A DNA stretch of 15,815 nucleotides, taken from assembly GCF_006345805.1 (NCBI RefSeq), contig NW_021825385.1, forward strand, positions 1 to 15,815. Reading direction: 5' to 3'. Of the stretch, positions 1 through 8,375 are shown one piece after another. A program made the translations under genes and the position numbers. This DNA comes from Octopus sinensis. Taxonomy: Eukaryota. Every line of letters begins with the position of its first letter. The first letter of the stretch is position 1. The notes under the pieces were generated by a model. That model did not search any database. It was not told the origin of the DNA and saw only the letters and a program-made list of their open reading frames with translations.

Positions 1-163
1 TCAATCATCACACAACTCTTCTTTCATGCTCTGTTAAAAGTCCCTACACAACGAATATGACATTTTCAATTTCCATCAACAGTCAACAACTGAACCAATA
101 TTTGAATCAGAAAGGAGAAACCTTAGACACATAAAAAGAAAGACTACATGTCCTTAAAATTAC

Positions 164-270
164 CTCTTTAAACAACAGTCCAACTGGTTGATTATGTCCT
201 TTGGTAATTTCAACATCAACATTAATCCACGTTTTTCTTTTAATATTTATACCTTTCATTTCTGCAAAAC
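164..270 (-). CDS. PDZD8: PDZD8 internal exon D (linker and start of PDZ), 107 nt, phase 1-0: (S)FAEMKGINIKRKTWINVDVEITKGHNQPVGLLFKE
   Basis: ttttacAG acceptor ending at 271; phase matches exon C (A+GT = Ser); GTaatt donor at 163. VEITKGHNQPVGL parallels VELIKGNLQSVGL at the PDZ start of vertebrate PDZD8. Confidence 0.85.
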
Positions 271-610
271 CTGTAAAATAAATATATCTGTGAATGTATC
301 TGAATGAAAATACATATATAAATATATATATATAATAATTATTTGAGGAAACAATATTCCTAACTTACAAGGAAAAATTCAATTTAGAAATAATTATCAT
401 TATTATATTTATAACTACCGTTTCTGAGAAATTACCCTCATTATCGTCGGTATGGAACTTACAGGTAAAATAGAACCACTCTTTTGGAATTCATTTTTTG
501 AGGGATATTCCTATACCATCTAGAAAGGAATATATTTTAATTATATGTAATTTTCTAGATGGTGCAATTTAACTGTTCATTTTGAATTGATAAAGGGTGG
601 TTTTTTTCTA

Positions 611-641
<31 letters not shown>

Positions 642-654
642 AAATGATAAAAAT

Positions 655-1520
655 GGTAAGAACAAAAGAATGAAAGAGACCTCGATATTACATAAATAGA
701 GGAATTTATCTGTAAATATAATATGTGACAATTATTTGGTAGCCATAATAAAATCAGAGTTTCGGATGATGAGGTGGAAATCCACATCACTATCTCTTCA
801 GTTATCTGGCCATCGGACAAAATGCCTGCTAATGTTTTTAGCTAAATTTTTAAACACTCTGGGGGGATAGCATGAACCTACATTAATATAACTAAGTCTA
901 TCATTGGGCTTCCTTTAAGGCTTATAAAGTTTCTTATTTAGATCAAGGATACATCTAGGAAATTGACAACCGTCAGGTTGGTGTCTGTAGTTATACTAAG
1001 TCCGAGGGTTTTTATCAAATGGATAACGTCCTTCCTAAACCGATCCTGAACCGCTGGTCCATTGGTATTTGCGGTTAAAGCTAGGGCATCATCTTTGTAA
1101 ATGGCGAAATATACGTCAGGAAAGGTCTTGCCCAACGTATTGAGTAGGAATAATCCAATCAGATTGCATATGCCTGTTCCATCATATGACCCCATGCTCT
1201 CATCGAAAACACTCTCTGTATCAGTAGTCTTGACCCACTCTGCGTTTTCGCTGAAGTGTAAAGTCTTTCTAGCATGAAAGATTTATGTCCTTTTCCTGTG
1301 TACTGATTTCTATGAATTCGCTTGCAAAGGTGAGGGCTTTATCTAGGAGTTACTTAGAGATAGAGGCAAAAAGTCGACAAAATCGAATTGCGTGAATCTC
1401 GCTTTATTCTTATTCTCAATGGCTTTAAACCAGTCAATGACTTCTATACTATTGGACCATTGTACTAGCCTAGTGGCGGTCCTAATTTTCACATTGATTT
1501 TTCTTAAAATTTCTTTACTA
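655..1520 (-). mobile_element. Decayed Penelope-like element (PLE): reverse-transcriptase fragment joined to a hammerhead-containing terminal segment
   Basis: Minus-strand translation across frameshifts gives SKEILRKINVKIR...QWSNSIEVIDWFKAIENK..RFTQFDFVDF..SIS..LLDKAL...HARKTLHF...WVK...FD.SMGSYDGTGICNLIGLFLL...YKDDAL...LSITTDTNLTVVNFLDVSL..LYKP.RKPND..YINVGS.YPP. This fits PLE RT motifs (FDIVDFYPSI, MGSYDGAE, YRDD, FLDV, YRKP). Stops and frameshifts show it is dead. Confidence 0.88.
742..810 (-). ncRNA. Hammerhead-ribozyme-like motif (type I, minimal), degenerate copy 1
   Basis: Minus strand: GCCAGATAA-CTGAAGA-stem II (GTGGA TT TCCAC hairpin)-CGAAA-ctctg-ATT-TTATTATGGC. Core boxes are intact, but stem III and the cleavage triplet are mismatched. 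Confidence 0.55.
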
Positions 1521-1852
1521 ATAATGTCAAGTTAACCCAGCTAAATCAGAACTTGCCATTTTCCCCAGCAAAAAACAGAATTTCATTTCAGCCAACAGAA
1601 AAATTAACGACAAAAGGGGGAGAAGTACTGCAAAACAAAGATGCACTACATGGCACTACGACTTCACTTGACAATGCTGGTAGGCACACTGATGCCTGAG
1701 GGTCACATCAAGTTGCTTCTAGCAGTGGAAGCCTAAACTACAACAGGGTTGTGCTACAGAGGACGTTTCCAGTCACTTTTGGATACCTCCTCATAAATAA
1801 TTAAACAATACATTTGACAAAGAAACCTAAATGCTAATGAGTTAAAATTTAA

Positions 1853-2104
1853 CCTTTTTTTACACCAACATGCCCGAGACCACCCCAGGTTCTATGACAT
1901 AAATTGACTATATTGAAATAGTCTAAATAATAAATTTACTATAATGAAATGATCTAAATAATAATCTTCCATGAAAACTTCATGCTAATTTGTTCAACTC
2001 TCCAAATTAATAATGAGGAAGTTATTTTACTAAATTCTTCATTATCTTAGAAATTAATGCAAACAAAAGCAGGATATGTTGAGAGAAATATGGTAACAAA
2101 AAGG
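1853..2104. mobile_element. piggyBac-type MITE, family 2
   Basis: Flanked by TTAA (1849-1852, 2105-2108). Imperfect TIRs CCTTTTTTTACACCA / TGGTAACAAAAAGG; non-coding AT-rich interior. Confidence 0.65.
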
Positions 2105-2132
2105 TTAAAGAAATAGTAATTCTTCACCATAT

Positions 2133-2620
2133 TCATCATCACCATCATCATCGTTTAACGTCCGTTTTCCATGCTAGCATGGGTTGGACAGTTCGACCGG
2201 GATCTGGGAAACCAGAAGGCTGCACCAGGCTCCAGTCTGATCTGGCAGTGTTTCTACAGCTGGATGTCCTTCCTAATGCCAACCACTCCATGAGTGTAGT
2301 GGGTGCTTTTTACGTGCCAGGTGAGGCTGGCAATGGCCATGATTGGATTGGTGCTTTTTACATGCCACCGGCACGGAAACAAGTCAAGGCAGCGCTGGCA
2401 TAAGCCACATTCGGATGGTGCTTTTTACGTGCCACCAGCACAGAGATCACAACTACAATTTCCATTGATTTTTGATGTTGATGTACTCGACTCAATAAGT
2501 CTCCTCAAGCACAGGGTCGAAACGGTGTTTCTTTACTTGCCACCTGCACAGGAGTCAGTCCAGCGGCACTGGCAACTGCCGGGTGCCAGTCATAGGATTG
2601 GTTCAATTTCGATTCCGATA
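2133..2620 (-). mobile_element. Family A retroposon (SINE/non-autonomous LINE derivative with (GAT)n tail and internal ~60-bp subrepeats)
   Basis: (CAT)n-CGTTTAACGTCCGTTTTCCATGCTAGCATGGG start shared with other copies; three GGTGCTTTTTACRTGCC subrepeats; longer 5' extension than other copies. Confidence 0.8.
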
Positions 2621-2814
2621 TATTGAGTGCTCTCATTGTTTGTGAAGTCACAAGCTACTATGATGGTAGATCTTTGACATTCAACAACGAAGATCAACAG
2701 AATTACCTGCTCCTGAATTAACATTTAACTGGCTGAGGCATCCTACAGACATAACACAAATCACTGTGAATGTGTGATAAGACTGTACTTTTTGAATTGC
2801 ATGTACTATTCACC

Positions 2815-2935
2815 CAGCAGGCTTCTGTACAATTTCCACCTACTCAACTTCACATACAAAGTATAGGAGCAAATGTAAGCAACAGAAAATGACATTTGCT
2901 CAAGATGCCACGCAGCGAATGCAAACCCTAGGCTT
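2815..2935 (-). mobile_element. Degenerate tRNA-SINE head/body fragment (same family as 11821-11988)
   Basis: Reverse complement contains TGCGTGGCATCTTGAGCAAATGTC and GTAGGTGGAAATTGTACAGAAGCC, matching CACCTTGAGCAAATGTC and GTAGATGGAAACTGAAACAAGCC. Confidence 0.55.
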
Positions 2936-3289
2936 AATACGTGCAAAATGAACTTAAGCATTTGGCCAAATTGCACCTATAGACAATTATACTATAATAA
3001 TATAACATGTGTGGTGGCATAAGTGTGTGTATATTATTTATATATATATTATATATATATATATATAATATGTGTGTGTGTGGTGTCAAACAAAACTACC
3101 TTTAGCATTTCATAGATTGGGTTATGATGAATTATGTCCCTTCGTACATAGATGTAGAGTGTAGGAGGTTGAATTGAATTTCTTTTTCAAGAGCTTCGGG
3201 GGAGGTAGGGAGGAATTGCTGGAAACTTTATGGTACTCAAATAGAATTGGTGATAATCAGCAGCATCGTCACTGTTCTAATAACCATTA

Positions 3290-3960
3290 TGTATGTATGT
3301 GTATATGTGTGTATATATAATATATATTATATAGTTACATATGTATGTATGTGTATATATATAGTTATGTATGTGTGTGTGTATAATATATATAGTTATA
3401 TGTGTGTATGTATATATATATATAGTTATATGTGTGTATGTATATAATATATATAGTTATGTGTGTATGTGTGAAGGAGCATGGCTCAGTGGTTAGAGCG
3501 TCGAGCTTACGATCGTGAGGTGTGAGCTCGAATCCCGGACCAGGCTGCGTGTTGTGTTCTTGAGCAAGGCACTTTTTTCACGTTGCTGCAGTTCACTCAG
3601 CTGTAGAAATGAGTTGCGGGCGGTCACAGGTGCCAAGCTGTATCGACCTTGTCTTTCCTTTGGATAACACTGGTGGCGTGGAGAGGGGAGGCTGGTATGC
3701 ATTGGCGACTGCTGGTCTTCCATAAACAACCTTGCCGGACTTGTGTCTAGAAGGGTAACTTTCTAGGTGCAATCCCATGGTCATTCATGACCGAAGGGGG
3801 GTCTTACCCTTTAGTTATGTGTGTGTGTATGTATTATATATATATATATATATGTATAGTTATGTATGTGTGTATGTATATATATATATATAGTTATGTA
3901 TGTGTGTATGTATATATATAGTTATGTATGTATGTGTGTGTGTTTGTGTGCATATATATA
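3290..3960. repeat. Compound (TA)/(TG) minisatellite with recurring TATATAGTTATRTGTGTGTATG unit, split by the SINE at 3475-3811
   Basis: The unit is visible repeatedly at 3330-3472 and 3812-3935. Confidence 0.85.
3475..3811 (+). mobile_element. tRNA-derived SINE inserted in a minisatellite
   Basis: Pol III A box TGGCTCAGTGG (~3482) and B box GAGCTCGAATCCC (~3524), followed by a CORE/Meta-like TGTGTTCTTGAGCAAGGCACTT block. The same TAGTTATGTGTGT repeat lies on both flanks. Confidence 0.82.
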
Positions 3961-3995
3961 ATATATCTGTAAACTAATATGACAATTATTCAATA

Positions 3996-4064
3996 GCCAA
4001 GATAAAACTGAGTTTCGGAATGCCGAGGAGGAAATCCACAACACCATCTCTTCGGTTATCTGGC
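3996..4064 (-). ncRNA. Hammerhead-ribozyme-like motif, copy 2 (left arm of foldback), core mutated
   Basis: Minus strand: GCCAGATAA-CCGAAGA-GATG..CATTC-CGAAA-C TCA GTT-TTATCTTGGC. The CUGA box reads CCGA. Confidence 0.55.
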
Positions 4065-4082
4065 ATAAACTTGTTAAGATGG

Positions 4083-4148
4083 CCAGATAACTGAAGAGAT
4101 GGTGTTTGTGGATTTCACCTGGCATCCGAAACTCAGGGTTTTATCTGG
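4083..4148 (+). ncRNA. Hammerhead-ribozyme-like motif, copy 3 (right arm of foldback), core intact
   Basis: CCAGATAA (4083-4090) pairs perfectly with TTATCTGG (4141-4148); CTGAAGA at 4091-4097; stem II GATG...CATC with one extra C; GAAA at 4128-4131; minimal stem III C-tcagg-G; GUU triplet. PLEs are known to carry minimal type I hammerheads. Confidence 0.7.
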
Positions 4149-4235
4149 GTATCGAATAATTGTCATTATTTTACAGATAAATTTCCTCTATTTACATAAT
4201 ATTGAGGGTCTCTTTCTTGTTATCTTACCGTTTTT

Positions 4236-4252
4236 ACATACATATATATTAT

Positions 4253-4303
<51 letters not shown>

Positions 4304-4340
4304 GTGTATTGTGTGTATATATATTATAAGATAGATATGT
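4236..4340. repeat. (AT)n microsatellite
   Basis: Direct reading. Confidence 0.95.
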
Positions 4341-4345
4341 ATGTA

Positions 4346-4689
4346 TCATCCGAACGTGGACTGATCCAACCCCCCCGCTGTTCCGGTGACACATAAAAAG
4401 CACCATCCGAATGTGGCCGTTGCCAGTGCCGCCTCGACTGGCTTCTGTGCCGGTGGCACATAAAAAGCACCAACCGATCGTGGCCGATGCCAGACCCCTC
4501 TGGCACCTGTGCAGGTGGCATGTAAAAAGCACCCACTACACTCGCGGAGTGGTTGGCGTTAGGAAGGGCATCCAGCTGTAGAAACACTGCAGATCAGACT
4601 GGAGCCTGGAGCAGCCCCTGGCTCCCCAGACCCCAGTCGAACCATCCAACCCGTGCTAGCACGGAAAACGGACATTAGATGATGATGAT
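4346..4689 (+). mobile_element. Family A retroposon
   Basis: Reverse complement of the 2133 copy; three TAAAAAGCACC subrepeats; ends GGAAAACGGACATTAGATGATGATGA. Confidence 0.85.
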
Positions 4690-4731
4690 ATATATATATA
4701 GATATGTATGTATGTGTGTGTATATATATAT

Positions 4732-4787
<56 letters not shown>

Positions 4788-4802
4788 TAATATATATATA
4801 TA
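4690..4802. repeat. (TA)n compound microsatellite (Helitron 3' flank)
   Basis: Direct reading. Confidence 0.95.
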
Positions 4803-4924
4803 CTAGCAGAATTGCCCGGCGTTGCTCGGGGCTGAATTGCTTGAAAGTACTTTAATGATTGCACTGAATTATGATGATTATTCAGGCAAATATTGATATA
4901 GTTTACGGTGGGAGATAAGGACTT

Positions 4925-5520
4925 GATAAACGTGTGCCATTGCATTGTTTGGGGGTGTAAGAGTTAGCACTTCCTTCTCTAAGCTTGGATTTGATTTCAA
5001 ATCCAAAGCTTGACGACCGATGATTCTTGGAGTTTGATTTCGATCCAAGCTTAAGAGAAGGAAGTGCTAACTCTACAAGGGAACCAATTTTCTGATGAGC
5101 ATTATAGGGGCACCAACTTTAAGTTTGAAAAGTGTGGTTGTAGTCCGGGGTGCTCAAAGGAATTGAGTACCTCTATTGGATAGTTGATGACGTCCTCTGG
5201 TTCAGGATTTGTATCGATAGACTGATATACATAGACTTCCCCAGATGAGTTTTAGCATTTCATCATTAATATGTTGAACAGTTTTATTCCTCGGCCAGTA
5301 TAGCCTTTTGTCCAATCCAATCCATATTCTGATAATTAGCTTGTAGATCTGGAACACTGCATCTCTGAGATCAGAAGGCGTCTTAACAATGGTACAAATG
5401 GAATCGATGGCATATTACCATTTTCATCCCCTGGTATTTTGCCTTCGCCAAGTGCAAGGAGGGTGTGAGGAAATGCTGCTGATGTGATATTACGTCGCAT
5501 ATGAGCACGCATATTGGTGT
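4925..5520 (-). pseudogene. Helitron RepHel PIF1-family helicase fragment (frameshifted)
   Basis: Across frameshifts: TNMRAH...LLALGEGKIPGDENG...DAVF.DLQANYQNMDWIGQKAILA.RNKTVQHINDEMLKLI.GEVYVYQSIDT...DVINYPIEVLNSFEHPGLQPH..LKVGAPIMLIRKL.P.KQCNGTRL. This matches the Helitron helicase motifs RAILAP.N, YP.EFLNSL, LKVG.PIMLLRNL.PPKLCNGTRL. Confidence 0.9.
4956..5077. mobile_element. 122-bp hairpin (MITE-like) element with TGT...ACA ends nested in the helicase fragment
   Basis: 35-bp TIRs TGTAAGAGTTAGCACTTCCTTCTCTAAGCTTGGAT (4956-4990) and its near-perfect reverse complement (5043-5077). It interrupts the MLIRKL.P|PKQCNGTRL motif. Confidence 0.8.
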
Positions 5521-5760
5521 GAAGTTGAGAGTTACTTCCCTTTATTTAAAAAAATATGCATTAAAATGGAAAAAAATGATGGTAATTATTTGTAAAATCA
5601 TAGACTCTCGTATCGTAGCGCGCTAATACCCAGAAGGGCTTGATATGAATCACGACTATAAGATACCCGGTTTTTGGTTAAACTGCATTGCAAAATGTGG
5701 GAGTAGTTTAGGATCTAAATCGGAGTAGACAGACACACCTTTCTTTTATATATAATATTT

Positions 5761-6262
5761 TCGTCCTAAAAAACTTTGTATGGATTGAATGGTTACCTCT
5801 ATGGAAATATATACACGCACATTATACATACATGTGTGTATAGATGAATATATAAATACATTTAAATATCTATATACACTTTTGGGCGATCTTTCTTTTT
5901 CTTAGAGATAACTTTAGATCTTATTTCGTCCTAAAAAACTTTGTATGGAGTGAATGGTTACCTCTATGGAAATATATACACACACGTTATACATACATGT
6001 GCATAGATGAATATATAAACATTTAAATATCTATATACACTTTTGGGCGATCTTTCTGCTACTTGTATATACTTTAGATCTTATATTCATCCTAAAAACT
6101 TTGTATGGAGTGAAAGGTTACCGCTATGGAAATATATACACACACATTATACATACATCTGTGTATAGATGAATATATAAATACATTTAATATCTATATA
6201 CACTTTTGGGCGATCTTTCTGCTACTTGGATATAGGTCTTATATTCGTCGTAAAAAAACTTT
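5761..6262. repeat. Tandem array of ~160-bp units (3 full copies plus a partial one)
   Basis: TCGTCCTAAAAAACTTTGTATGGA unit starts at 5761, 5926, 6087 and 6245 (periods 165, 161, 158). Confidence 0.92.
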
Positions 6263-6686
6263 CCTGTCACACACTCACGCACCACGCCACACACACACCC
6301 TCACGCTCACCACACACACACGCACACACACATACACTCACACACACGTTAGCTTACAATTTTATTTATATATTTGCGTGTCTATGTGTGTAAAGAGGAA
6401 GTGGGAATGTAGAGTGAAAGAGTCACTCACTACAGAAAGTGAATTACTTTTAATTTATTCGTTGCCCACTGTGTGTGTGCGTTTGCGTGTGCTGTATCCC
6501 ACACTGTGAGTTTTCTCTAAATTTTGCTTAATTGGGGTTGAAATTTTTAAAAGTGGACCTGGCACGACCCGATGCATTCTACTCTTAAAAATGCTAGGTA
6601 AATTGTAATTGAAGAAATCCTGTATTGTAAATTTCTATAAGATACAAAGGGAGGCAGAGAAAAATCTGCCTTTATAATAAGAAGAT

Positions 6687-6763
6687 AATATATATATTAT
6701 ATATATATATTATATATTATATAGATATGTATGCGTGTGTGTGTGTATATATAATATATATAG

Positions 6764-6803
<40 letters not shown>

Positions 6804-6884
6804 ATGTTTATTATATTGAGCAAGATCCGGGGTTTTGTGCTGGCACCTTTTATTTATATATGTGTGTGTGTGTGGTGTTTGTGG

Positions 6885-6942
<58 letters not shown>
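6687..6942. repeat. (TA)n then (TG)n compound microsatellite (Helitron 5' flank)
   Basis: Direct reading. Confidence 0.95.
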
Positions 6943-6943
<1 letters not shown>

Positions 6944-7369
6944 AGTGCATGTAAATTAGCAATACAATTTGAAAAATTAAATCAAAAATGAAAAATAAAG
7001 ATATCTCCTCAGAGTTTATTGTAAACAATAAGGCAAAACTTTTATTAGAAACATCAGAGCACATGAAAGTTTTGTGATGATTCTCATAGAACTGATTGAC
7101 GGATCTCAACTTTGATATAATTTAATTGTAAGAGTTGTAAAGATAGTACATGAACATTGTGCGCATGTGTGTGTATGGATGGATCAGCACTGTTATAAGA
7201 TGATGACAATGATGGTGGCTGATATGCTGGTGACTGGAGCAGAAGTGATGTTGATGTTAGTGAAGATAGGTGGTGATGACAGCTATAGTAGTAATACTAT
7301 CCACTCAAATATACCGCCAATAGCAGTACTTAATGTGATAAAAGAATTTGGTGAAAGGAAATGCCATGA

Positions 7370-7750
7370 GATATGTTTCTTTATTGGCCACACAGGGCTG
7401 CACACAGACGGGGCAGATTACAAAATAGAGCTTTTCTTTTTTGGGGAGAGAAAAAAATAAAGTGGGATAGGTTTTCGATCAAAAGGGATCGTAAAAGGGG
7501 AAGGAAAAAAAAAAGGAAAAAGGAAGAAAAAAAACAATTAATAGGGATCATGTATCACAGCGTCATGATGTAAAGTGTAAAGGGGGAAGCAGATAAGGTT
7601 TATCCGTGGGAAGAAAAGCATACGGAAAAGACCACGGTAACCTCAGTCAGTAATGTTACATGTTACCACATTTGTTTGCAAGTAGGTAACCCTCTGTTTT
7701 AAATTTTCCGGGTCCATAGTATTATGCTCAAGGTGGCTCTGAGATAATTT
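7370..7750 (-). mobile_element. Probable LINE 3' end/3' UTR fragment (L1/Tx1-like?)
   Basis: Minus strand ends ...GTCTGTGTGCAGCCCTGTGTGGCCAATAAAGAAAC after a long pyrimidine-rich tract, and upstream has ...GCCACCTTGAGCATAATACTA (ATLSIIL), like ORF2 termini I recall for cephalopod Tx1-like LINEs. Clade assignment is from memory only. Confidence 0.45.
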
Positions 7751-8036
7751 GGACACTTATACACCATGGAAACTGCGTAACCAGCCCCATAAGGCAGACA
7801 ATGTCTGATGATGATATGTCAATCTAAGGCAGAAGTGAGTAAAAATTCCCATAGAAAAAGGTCTGCGGGTGGGTCACAAGTTCTAACTTTTATATTTGAT
7901 GTGGCATGGCAGGGTCTGGTGAGATGTAATATGGAGGAGATATCTTGTTTAAAGGAAAACTGTCAGGCTGTATCTGTGCCTCAGATGTAAACAGACAAAA
8001 CAAGGCTGAAAGAGACAAAGAAGATGGCCAACTTAC

Positions 8037-8250
8037 TGAGGGAGACGGTGCAGAAGAGTGCAACATTTGATGGTATTTTGGCAAGGCGACTGCAACCAAT
8101 TACGTTAACCTCAAGCCCACCAACACCTAATGGAATGCCATGTATATAGAAATCAGCCTGTGGATGGAGTGTTTCAGGTTTGAAGAAAAATGGTCGAAAT
8201 CTAATTTTGTAGTTTGGTAAAGTATGCTTCTTTTTGACGACTCTTTTGAT
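8037..8250 (-). CDS. PDZD8: PDZD8 internal exon C (end of SMP, start of C2-like segment), 214 nt, phase 0-1: IKRVVKKKHTLPNYKIRFRPFFFKPETLHPQADFYIHGIPLGVGGLEVNVIGCSRLAKIPSNVALFCTVSL
   Basis: tttcAG acceptor ending at 8251; GTaagt donor at 8036. KHTLPNYKIRF.PFF is the diagnostic PDZD8 motif, and GLEVNVIGCSRL parallels GRLKVTLLECSRL. Confidence 0.95.
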
Positions 8251-8375
8251 CTGAAAATAAAGACAGAAGAAAAATGTTTTTTACTATCATCAGGTTATTT
8301 TATTTATTTTCCTCTTTTTTTTTTAACCCTTTAACTGCAAAATTAAATTTTATGGTTACTAATACTAAAATTAGT

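Larger units (their letters stand above)
3963..4235. mobile_element. Foldback (inverted) PLE terminal-repeat derivative without coding sequence
   Basis: 3963-4064 and ~4082-4179 are imperfect inverted repeats around a ~17-nt spacer. 4078-4232 is the reverse complement of 655-814, the end segment of the PLE fragment. Both ends abut (TA)n. Confidence 0.8.
4803..6685 (-). mobile_element. Non-autonomous composite Helitron
   Basis: Minus strand begins A|TCTTCTTATTATAAAGGCAG (TC at 6685-6684) and ends with hairpin CCCGAGCAACGCCGGG, then CTAG|T (4806-4803): the canonical TC...hairpin-CTRR in an A|T target. Both flanks are similar (TA)n/GATATGTATG compound microsatellite. The 3' end and helicase are solid; joining them to the 6685 end is inference. 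Confidence 0.7.

Noticed and set aside
1-163. Possible further PDZD8 exon after exon D
   Set aside because: Candidate acceptors give either a ~41-nt intron or early stops, with no PDZ-like peptide; the next exon is outside the window.
1766-1795. Mariner-like TIR followed by TA (TTCCAGTCACTTTTGGATACCTCCTCA|TA)
   Set aside because: Resemblance is from memory only; no partner TIR or transposase remnant found.
2179-2626. ORFs MGWTV.../MLFTC... and their relatives at 4188-4587, 10047-10835 and 12158-12435
   Set aside because: They recur only because they are translations of family A repeat copies; frames are inconsistent between copies.
3120-3290. GC-richer stretch that could be a decayed coding fragment near the PLE foldback
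   Set aside because: All frames are broken and no motif is recognisable; it would need TBLASTX against repeat libraries.
3475-3545. tRNA-like sequences at 3475, 8376 and 11821
   Set aside because: A/B boxes are followed by SINE bodies with no complete cloverleaf, so these are SINE heads, not tRNA genes.
5761-6262. Regularly spaced repeats as a CRISPR-like array
   Set aside because: Whole ~160-bp units are repeated with no unique spacers; eukaryotic context, no cas genes.
6126-6509. 127-aa plus-strand ORF
   Set aside because: Runs through the 160-bp tandem unit and a (CA)n tract; no protein motif.
7167-7460. Met/Val-rich ORF
   Set aside because: Decayed (GAT/GGT)n microsatellite joined to a repeat tail.
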